From Octopus sinensis (taxonomy: Eukaryota): DNA of 64,000 bases. The stretch's first letter is position 1. Every line of letters starts with the position of its first letter. Under the pieces are notes generated by a model. That model was given only the letters and a program-made list of their open reading frames with translations, was not told the origin of the DNA and ran no database searches. Below, piece by piece: positions 25,943 to 38,012 of the stretch. The stretch is from NCBI RefSeq assembly GCF_006345805.1, contig NC_042998.1:127224001-127288000 (forward strand), in the 5' to 3' direction. A program made the position numbers and the translations under genes.

Positions 25943-27638
25943 TAGGGAGAATTCTAAAAAAAAAACAAAAGATGAAGACAGGTGGTGTAGACAACAAAAA
26001 AAACGTATTATTTTAACACTCGGTAAGTGAAAAAGCTTAACGTTTCGAGCCTACGCTCTTCCACAGAAAGGAACACAGAAAGAAACAAAGAGGGAAAATA
26101 AAGCATGTGTAGTGGCTAGCGATCTGTAATGACGAATGCCGGACAGAGAGATCACACAGGAGAGCTAGTGAGAAGGGGAGATAATAAAGCAGTAGTGATC
26201 CCAAAATGAAGGTGCGCGTGCGTGTGAATAAGATAGCATGTATGTGCATGTGGAAGAGGGTTGGTGACCTTGATGTGTGCATGTGTATGTGTTGGATGAT
26301 GGTGTGGGTGATGGTGTGTTGCTGGGAAGTGGTCAGTGCTAGTGTGCTAGCGTGGTGGTGTGATGTGGCGTTGTGTGGTATAGTGGTCTGGTGTGGTGGT
26401 GTGTAGTTTGGTGTGGTGGTGTTGGGATATGGTGGAAGCGAGAGTGAGGAAAGCAAGGGCCGGGTGTGGGTTAGGCTGAGGCTGGTGGTAGAGGTGGTAT
26501 ATATGGGAGTGGGTGTAAGGGATGGAATGAGGGAATGGGATGGATAGGGAAGGTTGGATAGGATTGTGGTGGGGTTACGTGTGAGGAGTGACGATGAAGG
26601 GAGAGGGGGAAGGGAGAAGGGGGTAGGAGTGAAGAGAAGAGAGGAGAGTAGGAGTCATGCGAAGTAGGGATCAGAGCAAGTGAAGAGAGGTGGGACGAAG
26701 TAGGTGTGAGAGGAAGAGAGGAGAGGGGATGAGGCTTAGATGAAGTGGCGCGGTGAGTTGAGTCCCTGTGGCGCTAAGAAGCGAAGAGAGTATATTAATC
26801 TCCGTTCACGGCGAAGACAGGAGTCCGGGTGGTCCCTGTGGAAGGACAACCCGAACACAGACAGTTGTTGCAAAGACTGAACGGTAGAGCGGAAATGGCG
26901 AGGGACCGGTGTGTCATTGCCGAGTTGGATGTCTCGGATATGTTCCGCTAATCGGTTAGCCAAGCGGCCTCCCGTTTACCCGATGTATAGTGAAGGGCAG
27001 GAGATGCAGCAGATGACATTTGTAGAAGTGCAGGTGAACGAGTCGGTGATATGATAAGGTCGATGATGAGTGCTGTCGGAGAGGTATGGGCAAGTGCGGA
27101 AGCGTGGGCTGGAGCAAGGGAACGAGCCGTGTTGGGAGGTTGGGTTAGGGAAGAAACTGTGGATCAAGAGGTCTCGTATGTAGTGGGTTCATTCGAAGGA
27201 AGGGGGTCGGTTAGGGAAGATGTGCGAAGTGGAGGGTCAGACTGAAATGGCCGAAAGTCTCGGGGAATGGTGCGTTGGAGAATTAGGGTGGTGGAGTGGT
27301 AGGTGAGGGAAAATGGAAGACGGGTAACCGCAGGGCGGATGCGGGGATGAAAGCAGATGCATTGTCTACGGAACGTGCTCTTATAAGGGTGGTGTGGATA
27401 GTGTTGAGGGGATATCCACATAGGATGAAGTGGCGAGCCATGAGTTGAGAATGAGTCTGAAAGTCATGGTCGTCACTACAGAGCCTGCGTAGAAGGAGGA
27501 ATTAGGAATAGGGAATGGAAAGCTTTGTGCGTTTAGGGTGGGAGGAGCAGAATTTGAGATATGAGTGTGTGTCTGTGTGTTTATAGTGGATGGAGATGGT
27601 GAGAGTGGAGTGATAAATGCTGACCGAAATGTCAGTGA
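25943..27638 (-). mobile_element. Neptune-type Penelope-like element, 5'-truncated (RT thumb, Zn finger, GIY-YIG, long 3' region, pLTR)
   Basis: Minus: DISVSI..IHYKHTDTHSYLKFCSSHP..SIPYS*FLLLRRLCSD..GYP; CSSPRFRTCP; FTCTSTNVICCISC..LYIG; RLAEHIRDI..PQGLN; stops and frameshifts present. Confidence 0.9.
26036..26070 (-). ncRNA. Minimal hammerhead-like motif (A6U variant), mirror copy
   Basis: CTTT-CTGTGGA-A-GAGC gtag GCTC-GAAA-CG-TT-AAG. Confidence 0.55.
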
Positions 27639-27649
27639 AAATATATAGG

Positions 27650-28221
27650 GAAGAGGATTTGAAAATGCAGACGTCTTTTAAAGATGTTTATTTACTCGGC
27701 CGGTTTCATTTTTTATAAAAAGATTTTCAAAAGTAAAATGTAACGCTTTGTGTAGCCTTTGTCGTGTTAAAAAATGGTTAACATAGATGTATTAAAATAC
27801 AGTGATAAGTCTTTGACAATGATGAGAAAATGTTAAGAGGAGTTTGTGTTTAAACAGTTTACATAAAAGTGTTCAAAATAAGTAGTAAAATTAATTAATA
27901 ATTATTTATAAGTTCATCAAAATCCATGATTGTATATAAGCACTTATACAGACAGAATTTGTTGACAGTATTTGATAGGAGAAAGGATGTATTGCTTAGT
28001 CAAACCTTCATCAGAAATCATATTTAACATACATACAAGACTGGAAATGAGGAAAAAAGTTGGTCATTCACATAAAATTCTGTATAAATATTTAAATATG
28101 ATTTCTTATGAAGATTTGACACACTTTCCCCTATCAAATACTGTCAACAAATTCTGTCTGTATAAGTGCTTATATACAATCATGGATTTTGATGAACTTA
28201 TAAATAATTATTAATTAATTT
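27650..28221. mobile_element. Penelope-like family A 3' end with inverted fragment (92 bp perfect inverted repeat)
   Basis: 27888-27979 is the reverse complement of 28130-28221; NKFCLYKCLYTIMDFDELIN resembles a PLE GIY-YIG C-terminus; pLTR homologous to 74-687. Confidence 0.7.
27694..27734 (-). ncRNA. Minimal hammerhead-like motif (U3-A8 variant), family A
   Basis: ACTT-TTGAAAA-TCTTTT tata AAAAAT-GAAA-CCGG-CC-GAGT. Confidence 0.5.
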
Positions 28222-28259
28222 GTTCTTTTCAACCTACATGCATAAGGTAGATCTATTCA

Positions 28260-30250
28260 CCCTGGCGATTCTTGCTACATTCACCCACCATATTACAAGT
28301 GTATGGGGGAGGTAGAACCGCGCACTTCAACCTCACATTCATTTCCAAGGGGAACTTAGAAAGTCCTTGACGCTTGGTTGGAGAAGCAAGTGGCTGTCTT
28401 CAGCCCTTTGGGTCTCATCAACCACAGAAGAGAAAACTACTTGTCCTTTACGGCCAAAGGAAGTCAACACTACAATCTTCACAATGGAGACGGCTGATAA
28501 CTGGGTGCAACCTACACGTGATAGCAGCTTTTCTACAGATCTTCACAAGTCAGCAATGCTCAAACACTGTACGGGCGTGTGGAAGACGATTTCCTCCCTC
28601 AGCAGGCAATTCAGGTATGTGCGCCTGACGACGCTACTATGCTTGTGTGTTTATCCCAAACGTGCAATATGATCTAGGTGATCGGATGATGTTTGCCCAT
28701 GTCCACAGTGAGGCATACCTTAAATGCATTCCTTAAATGCAGGTAGTACCTGTCAGATAATTGGAGACAACTGAGCAGGTTGCGGGATTTTTGCACTCCC
28801 CTCTCCTAACAACTTACCCCACACAATTCAGACATGCGTACAAGATGGATTTATAGCCTCAGTTGCATTAAAGAGCGGGTCGTTCTCAGGAATGTCTTCT
28901 AGATACCTGAAGAAATTTGGTTGTGCCACTCGAGTCGGATCATACACGTTGGCTAATCTAAATGCGCCACCTTCGCTACCATTTCCATTCAGGAACATTG
29001 ATTTTCTCTCCACGTCTAGGAAGACTGACTGTATCTCAAGGACCAAGCCTTTATTAAAGGACACCCCCAACTAGTTTCCTATTTTTGACACAGTAAGAAA
29101 TGCAGAGATTTCAAAGTTTCCATAAACTGGGTACTAAGGTGCGTGAGTTGGAAATACTGAGCTTACTGATTTCTATCACATCCAAAATTAGTAACCTGAT
29201 ATCTTTGAGCAGGTGACCCCGCTTCCAGAATGACCCCTAGGAACCTGCATTTATACTTTTAGAGCTTTTAGAGCTCTCATGTCGATTGAAAAGGTGGAAG
29301 GGAAAAAGAGATGGGATATTTATCCATTTGTTGGTTCCGAAGAATATGTGCCTCGTTCTCTGTGTATTTGTTCTCTGTCCTTTGGGAAACCTCTAAAATG
29401 TTTATTCCTGGACCTTGCACTAGGATTAGAACTTCCCATGTTATTGGAGAAACCTACCCTCATTTTTTTTATTTATCTCCAAGTACGGCTTTATTATTTT
29501 CAAATTTTGATGTACTTGAAATTGCTGGTGTTGAATATCACTTCGTCTGCCTCAATGTTTTCCGTTTGTATGATAAAAGACATTAGCTTTTGATTTGTGC
29601 TCCTTATCAACGCTAATTTTGGGAAATGTGTTTTGCTAATGTTGTGTTTGTACGCCTTCTCATGGTGCTGCTCCGTTTGAAATTTTCTTCTAAAATGGAA
29701 ATTCATGCTCTCGAATTGTCACATGTCACATGCTCTCGAACTGTCCCCAGTCACATGTTCTATGCTTCCCCATATATGTTTGAGGGCTCTTACCACTTGG
29801 GGTGTGCTACTGTTTCTTAGCTGATACACAGTGATACAGTACTGATTTCGAGCAGTTGCTGCCAAAAATTCAGCTAGGATTGCAACTTGGGCACCCATTG
29901 TGCTTACTTTCACGGTGCCGCCTGTGTTTGGCGTGCCACCTCTTTGTTTCACTACAACGAGAAATATGTTGTCCAGTTTGTCGCCATGGCATCAAAAGAT
30001 TGCCTGCCCAAAGAGACACAACCACCACATTTATTTTGTCGTCATTGCTGTAGTAGTTGTTGCTTTTGTTGTTGCTGCTTATTTTGTTGCTGCTGTTGTT
30101 GCAGTTGTTACTATTGTTGCTTTCGCGGTCATTGTTGTTATTGCTGTTGCTACTGTCGTTGTGAATCGTGTTCGTGTTCTCTTTGTTAAACATGTTGCCC
30201 TAAATATTGCTATAGTTGTCGTTACAATTACTCTTGTTGTTGTTGTTCTT
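28260..30250 (-). mobile_element. Degenerate Tx1/L1-clade LINE relic (ORF1 remnant and APE fragment)
   Basis: GGAFRLANVYDPT..NFFRYLE and WKRGHLLKDI parallel the ORF2 N-terminus at 48174; Thr/Asn-rich ORF1-like stretch at 30050-30250. Confidence 0.6.
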
Positions 30251-32409
30251 GTGCACGCACTGATTCTTTTAGACACAATGGGCGGTTACCGTATTAGAAG
30301 GAAGAGCAGGATAATGTTCACTAATGAGATTGATAATAGAATGTGTCATCTCACCTGCTACCTCGTCACTGAATCTGATAATTCCAACAGAGAAGAAATG
30401 CAGACGGAAACAGGTGAAATAATACAAAAATTATGCGCTTTAAGGAACAGTCTGACTCAGCCCTTTTTCTCACTATGAAGTCAGATTTCTGATTCAAAGA
30501 TTTAATTAAAAAAAGCACAGTAGTAAAGAAATTACCTACAAAATTTAACAATTATTCCACAGCGCACAAGAAATACGTCCATCACAAACGATGATAATGA
30601 TGATGATGATGATGAGTATTATTATTTATAAAGACAGGTAAAATTTGTAGGGCTGTACAATTGGTTGAATTAGCCTAAATGCTCTTCTAGTACTTATAGA
30701 CTTTATAGAGATGAAAAGGAGAGTCTAATGATTCGAACTCAAAATGTAAACTGAATATAATTCCAAATACTACGTTCGCCTCTTTACCAATTATAGCAAT
30801 TTAACGCCATTTATACTCTATTATTTTGACATGACGTTCCCCCTAATGGAGTCGTATTTAATATATAAATCGTAAGAAAACATTTATTTCTATTATGTAT
30901 ACTGCATATAGGAAAGTAATGAATGATCATTTCATTGGAAGTAATCTCACTTGGAAATAATTGACAGACAGAATTGATAATAACTGCATGATGCTGCCAT
31001 ATGCATAGTCATTTATACAACCTAAACTATCAACGACATAAGAACGTAACCTGGCTTCATTCTTCGTTATAGACATGTCACTTCACTGACATTGCTAATA
31101 CGCTTTAGAAATGCATTAATTTCACAACGTTTCATGTTTATATACATCTGAAACGTTGTGCCTAAACATTTCTTTTATACACTCTTTTGAATGTAATGGA
31201 AACTTAATATTTTGTTCATGTTGTCAGAATGATACGAAGGTGAGTCACTTAAATACCAATCTACGTTAGGTCATTGTTGTCTGTGTCTTATTAAAAGAAA
31301 CGAATACATGATTTAATTACACAAGAAAACCATCCAGACATAGAATAAATTAATTCAATATACGAAAGTATATTTTTATTGTTGCAAAATTATCTATTGT
31401 CAGAAAATGTTCTTCCTCAAATTTGCGGCTTTATCCCCAACAATATTCTATTGTAAAGTACTGCATATATTTCTCACACAAAGATATGTATTCATATGTT
31501 GAAGACGTTAGCTAATTCTACTGCTACTCATAGCCATTAATGCTATTCACTTTAGTGATTGGTTATCAAACTCACAGCAGGATCAGGCTATGAATTACTG
31601 ATTGGCTACTAAAATCAGTTCGCGAAAACAATTTCATCACCAAGGGAAATATGTAAAAATAAAACTTTTGTAAAAGAAATCTAAACAAACAATCCGTTTG
31701 TTGTCAGACTACAACTTCTTTAACAACTTACTTTTTATTTATTTCAATAGTGAGTACTGTAGAGCAAGAATTAAACTTTCATTAATCTATGCTCAGCCTG
31801 TGGGTTTCTGTGCTGCATTGAATGTAATTCACTTCACGTATACCATTAAGATAAATTAGATGGAGTTTAACACTCTTTCTCGGTTTCCTGTAGCAAATAA
31901 CGGATATTGTGTTCTTGTGAACACAACACAATGATTTATTATTTCCCAATTACAATTACTGACTGGATTGACAGAATACCAGACAAGCCAAGCCAAAAAA
32001 TCGGTGATTGTATTTTGTAACTTCAGCTATATTCTTTCTATGTCTAAGATCTGATAAGTAAATGCGGTACAGTGTTGCAGTCCCACATTTTTAAGCGTGA
32101 ATGTTGTTGGTTATTTATTAAGCACGATTTTAGTTAGATTGTACCTGAGAAGTAATGAGTACTATACTATATTTATCATTCAATAACTACACGAACACGT
32201 TGTCTTCTGCGCTTACAATAGGGTTACATATCTCACTATCAGTATTACTACGTAGTCTATTGTTCGACATCTCATGATCAGAAGTATTATTCAACCTGTA
32301 TGTTTTGCTGACTTTGGAGTAAGGAAAGTGAGCTGTGGTGTCCTTATCTATCCCAAGAACACAAGGAAGGAATGTCGTAAGCATTTGTGTGTCTCAGGAA
32401 ATTGAATTT

Positions 32410-34078
32410 ATTTGCAACCTCCAAAATCAGTGCAAATGTACATCATTGAAATGTAATGTTTCAATGGTTTGGAAATATGAGATATTAGTGTCGAAACGTT
32501 ATGAACACTAATGCCTTATTGAAAAGAACGAGTTCCCAACTGTCTCAGTCCTTTATTTCAATTAATGTATGACATTACATATGAGAAAGTAATCGATAGT
32601 TAGTACAATTTCTACTTCTGTTATCATGTTTGTATTGTTTTTGATTTGTTGTAGGTATGTGCAAGACCGGTAGATGTAGGAATAAGATCATTCAGTCTTA
32701 ATAATGCAAGTTATAGGAGCATATTATTTGTGTAACCTTTGTAAAGATTGTATTGTATTAACTGCTTGCTATTTCCAGCAGGGCAAGTGACTGCATAGTA
32801 GACGCCTTAATTAATTGCTTCGTCTAGAGTTAAGATTATAAGTAGAAACTATAAGGCCAGCGTTAATAAATATTTTGCAGTAGTTCACGTTTTAAATTCC
32901 AACTAAGTCAACTTTGGCTTTCGGTTAGCTAGGGATGACAAAATATATGTCAGTAATGTACTAAGTCAACCGAGTCGTCCTTCCGAGTAAAAGTTATTTG
33001 TATGGAGCTACTCCATAGAAATACATATTTCGATGGCTAGCAACATGTTCCTGTGAAATATTAATGAAAGCAAGTAAAAATATGTCTATGTTGAATTATT
33101 TTCGGCAATTTTTCAGACAGTATTTCGAGACTCCATATAAATTTCTTGATGATAGAAAATTAAAAACAATGTTCTGTTCAACAATAGTGACTGTATTCGC
33201 TATTGTCGGATGGGATTGCTTCGGATTAGAATTGGAAAAAAATAGCGGTGATTCAGATCATTTGTATACAATACAGGAAAACATTGTCTAAATATATTTG
33301 TATCATTCAAGAAAGTAAATAAATAAATAAATAAATAACGCTTCTTTGATTTGTGCTCTATTAGCATAAGTTGATTGTCAAGTTAGAAGGTCGGGAACAT
33401 ATCTCAGTCGAATCTATAATGCATTTGGCACAGCAAACGTCCTAAAAAGCCAATTATTAAAATCAAATGCATGAAATATTCGGTTGAATATTTTTACACA
33501 ACTTCAATGCCAAAACTATACAAAAATAAATAACAAAAGAAAGAAATGCTGGTCACACAAATCAAAAATACATATTAAATCTAAAAGAGTAAGGAAAAAC
33601 AATAAGAATTTGATTACTATTCGATCTGCCAGAAGCTGTTATTGTCCTGATTTTTATCTTCGAGGTTAAAGAATTCACTGCTTCAATTTCTTATTTTCAA
33701 TGTTTTAAAAGTATCTCGCGTGATACTTTTGGCAAATTGTTCCTGGTAAATTTAAAAAATGGGTGTTACAATTCCAGCAGATATTGAATAGGGCAGAGGC
33801 GGTTATTTGGTTGGCAATTCGAAGAAATTACACATCAAAAGCAATGAAGATAAAATTATAATACGAAAAATAATAAAGTAAATCAATAGAGGGAGAAATA
33901 TCGATTAGTTTCTCAGATATAATGCCACACGTTAATAGAAAGGAAAAAATGAGATACTTATTCATTCCTTCCTAAAGAACTTTAGTGTCCATCACTTTTG
34001 AACAGTAATATCTCATATTTCTAAACCGTGAAAATGCTTAATTTCATAGATAGGATGAACTGATTTTGGGAGTTGTAG
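32410..34078. mobile_element. Old foldback/MITE-like element with ~190 bp degenerate terminal inverted repeats
   Basis: 32410-32600 aligns to the reverse complement of 33895-34078 (e.g. GGTTTGGAAATATGAGATATTAGTGT vs ACAGTAATATCTCATATTTCTAAACC). Confidence 0.6.
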
Positions 34079-34619
34079 TTAAGAGCATGAAATAAGTAAT
34101 GCATAGTAGATGTATATTTTAACCTGTTTGGAGCATGTTTTGATGGATGCGATGTTTTCAAAACAAATGTATGTAACCACAACATTAAGAGTGTTGAAAA
34201 GCTTGTATTTATGTGTGCTTTAGAAGGAAGTTTAAAGTGAAATGCTAAAAATAAAATCGATGATTAGAAAATAGACACTGGAGCGTAGTTTACAAATTTT
34301 TCCGTGTGTTACTGTAATGGACTATCTTATATATGGAGAATTGTCGCAGCAGGTGCTGCTATTAAGGTTATTTAGTGTTACTACCGGAAAGTGAACGAAA
34401 TTTGGTACTTTTCTTGCTACCTATTCCTATACCAGTAAATTTGTGAGTATATGAGTACTTATTTAATTTTATGCATATTTTTATCCATGAGAGATAGGAC
34501 TTTCATTTAGTTTTAATTCCTATCTGAAGCTATTTTACTCCAACTAATAACTAAATATTTGGTTATACGTGTAAATACGAAGATGTAAGTTATATTCTGT
34601 TTAAATCCTATAACTCGAG

Positions 34620-35359
34620 TGGAGGCCATGGAGAGGCTGCGCAGTTAAATCGTGAGAAGGTTGCTGACCTTCTCCCCAACATTCAATTCAGTCAATCTGA
34701 ACAATAAGAACTTTAAGCTCTGTCGAACACTTTCGTCATTGATAGAGGAATCGACAGCCATTAAGGCAGATCAATCAACGTATTGCGTCTATCTTAGGAT
34801 ACGAATTGCATAGGCCAACCAGGCCATAAAGAGGAAGCACCAGGAAGCTGTGAAACAAGTGGAAATATACAGGAAGCACCAAGGGATTGTTGGAGTAATT
34901 TGTCAAGAGCGGTCAGGCTTTGGCAACTACTGCACGAAGAGGTGGATAAACACCGATACCGGGTTCATGAGAGAGCTCATAAGTTAAAGGGTCCCAAATT
35001 AAACTGAAGATCACCGAGAGAAGGCAGTAAGGCTTTTCCTACTGTGACAATGGATTTAATAGGACCAGGCACGCTAGAATTGACAGTCGTAAAAGGGACT
35101 GTAAAGTACAGATTGAGGAAAATTGTCCTTCCTCTTGCATGCTATCGATGATCTCTTACTTCCCTCAAATAAACTTGATACGTGGGGAAGAGAGGAAGAT
35201 CTACCTTGCAATCTGTGTGGAACGTTCTTTGTACCTTGAAATGCATTTTGGCAAAAAGCCTTAAAGCACAGGGAGAAAACCGATTCAAGTGAAAATATGA
35301 CAAGTTCCTTGCAAAAGTCACCAAATGGACAGGTTGGCAAAGGTTTAAGGCTCTTTCTA

Positions 35360-35360
<1 letters not shown>
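34620..35360 (+). mobile_element. Possible LTR-retrotransposon (Bel/Pao-like) integrase relic
   Basis: RAFPTVTMDLIGP at ~35030-35070 resembles the integrase PFxxVxxDxxGP motif; heavily broken. Confidence 0.35.
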
Positions 35361-35426
<66 letters not shown>

Positions 35427-35444
35427 CACACACACACACACACA

Positions 35445-35524
<80 letters not shown>

Positions 35525-35530
<6 letters not shown>

Positions 35531-35783
35531 TGGATTTTCCCGCAGGGTTCGTCGTATTTGGAAAATCCACTTATAGAAAACGGAAAAGACAGTCTTTGAC
35601 TGCCATTTCTAATTCCTTCGGTATGCGGCGAAGCAGCCTGTTGCCCGCCCTTTAATTATTTTCACTATATACTGAACTTTCCAGAAGTTCCTGACGATGA
35701 ATTTGTCATATTTACATACCGAAATTTACCGGTAAATAATTGTTGGTTATATGAAAAACCACTGAAAAATTATTTACCATTTT

Positions 35784-35790
<7 letters not shown>
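35525..35790 (+). mobile_element. Family B repeat fragment with 5' micro-inversion and atypical HHR-like motif
   Basis: Matches 25587-25720 and the reverse complement of 25487-25584; CTGACGA (35691)...GAAA (35721) plus palindrome ATTTACCGGTAAAT; 16 bp IR 35525-35540/35560-35575. Confidence 0.65.
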
Positions 35791-35846
<56 letters not shown>

Positions 35847-35848
<2 letters not shown>

Positions 35849-36698
35849 GGGTATTCCAAAAGTAACTGATGGGATTCAACTTTTAATAGCTTCCTTAACT
35901 TTACGGGTAAAAGCATGATATTTGGATACAATATAAAGGACATAATGGAAATTAATATTCACAAATCAAATTTAGCAACACCACTACATCACATATGAAA
36001 AATGATAGCGCTTAAATGGCAGCGATTTTAGGCTTCGCACGCCCGTGCTCCTTCCAAAGCTTGCAGCATGACATCCTCAAGAGTTTCAGATCCCAGTTCT
36101 CTGATTTCTCTATTGATGTTCTCCTTGAGTTGCAACAAGGTCTCCGGTTTGTTGACGTAAACCCTCTCTTTCAGTTATCCCCACAAGAAAAATTCTGGAT
36201 TAGTCGGGTCTAGAGAACGTGAAGGCCAGTTAACATTGCCGTAGCAGGGGATTATTCTCTCTCCAAAGCACTGCCGTATCAACTGCATTGTTTCTCTTGT
36301 TGTATAAGCAGTTGTCCCATCTTGCCGGAACCATATGTGAGGTCTACTATGAATGACCGAGCGCAAAAAGGTCTCAATTATGGATACCTGGAAGAGAGAG
36401 TTTAAGTCAACAAATCAGAGACCCTGGTGCAACTGAAGGACAATATCAATAGAAAAATCAGAGAAGTGGGGTCTGAAACTCTTGAGAGTGTTATGGTGCA
36501 AGTTCTAGAAAGGGCACGGGTGTGTGAAGCCGAAAATGGCTGCTATTTAACGGCTGTCAATTTTCGCATGTGATGTAGTGCTGTTGCATATGAATTTCCA
36601 TTCTCTTCTTTATATTATACCAAAATGTCATGCATTTATTTGTAAATTTAAGCAAGTTATTAAAAATTTCAACCCGTCAGTCACTTTTGGGACAAGCA
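35847..36698. mobile_element. DD41D (rosa/Visitor) mariner-like derivative with ~320 bp inverted arms
   Basis: WFRQDGTTAYT..WPSRSLDPTNPEFFLWG with 41-residue spacing; 35847-36172 mirrors 36388-36698; CAGGGT terminus in a TA tract. Confidence 0.85.
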
Positions 36699-36700
36699 TC

Positions 36701-36788
<88 letters not shown>

Positions 36789-36999
36789 ATGTATGTTTGT
36801 ATGTATGTATGTATATATATATGCGTGCTCACACACACACTCACACGCATGTAGACCGAGCAATCTCAACCCATCTGAATGACAAGGATAAGTTCACAAT
36901 GATTATTACAAACGTATTCAAATGAATCGGCTAATATATAACAGTTAATAACATCCAAGTATTAACCTTATAGGAAGCTAAACAAGGAAAATATTTATA

Positions 37000-37939
37000 A
37001 CTATTGAAACGACAACGTCAAAGCTATAATTGATGAACTGGTCAGTATCTCTAATATACCAATAGATACGAGGATAGCTAACAGGTTTGTACTCCATTAG
37101 AGTCGCTTTAATAATAAATTAATGTACGTGAATGATCACTTACCCTACCTCCAAACATGAAGAGAGTTCCAACGAGAAAGGTAATCTAGTTCACTTCTTC
37201 ATTGAACTGAGATATTTCCTCTGATATAGCTAGGAGCTTGCTGACGCTAATTAGAAAGCATTTCCCAAGAACATATAGATTTCCAAGCTCTTTAATTTAT
37301 ATAATCTCAACATCAAGGTAAGTTACACATGCCTGGCAAATATCTCTTCTATCATTGCACGCCACATCAATCCTAGACATGAGAAACACAATATTCGCTG
37401 CACAGTCCAAACCATATTTGCTGAAATCCTACCAATTGCTAACTTGTAATATCTTACTTTACAAAAGTTGTGTATATAGCTATCCTCACACTAACAGATG
37501 ACATTACGAGAAACTACATAGGCATAAAAGGTAACGTTTTTAAGGGTAAATTTATACAAAAACAGGTTAACTTTCCATGCGGTAATTTTTGTCCCTGAAA
37601 TACGATACCCCAGAGAATACCGAATAACTGACGCAAACAATCTGCCTACCTATCACGTGGAATATGTAATGAAAGTATTGTTGTAACAAGCTAACGAAAT
37701 ACCTGAATGACCAATACCTTTTCTCAATCTTTTAGAATGTTCTTTTAAATTCTCTCCACCCTGATCAAATCGTCTGCTGATGTGAATGTGTTCTGCATCT
37801 ACGGATCTTTAAGATATAAATAGGTGTGCAAAACTGCTATAAAAACTCTCCCAAAATGTGCTATTTTCATTTGTTCATTCACTCAAATTTGTATAGACCC
37901 CCCCCCCACACACGAACACCTCCATTTATATATACATAC

Positions 37940-38012
<73 letters not shown>

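Noticed and set aside
29900-30478. 192 aa hydrophobic ORF resembling a membrane protein
   Set aside because: Antisense reading of a degenerate (ACA/GCA)n tract in a LINE ORF1 relic
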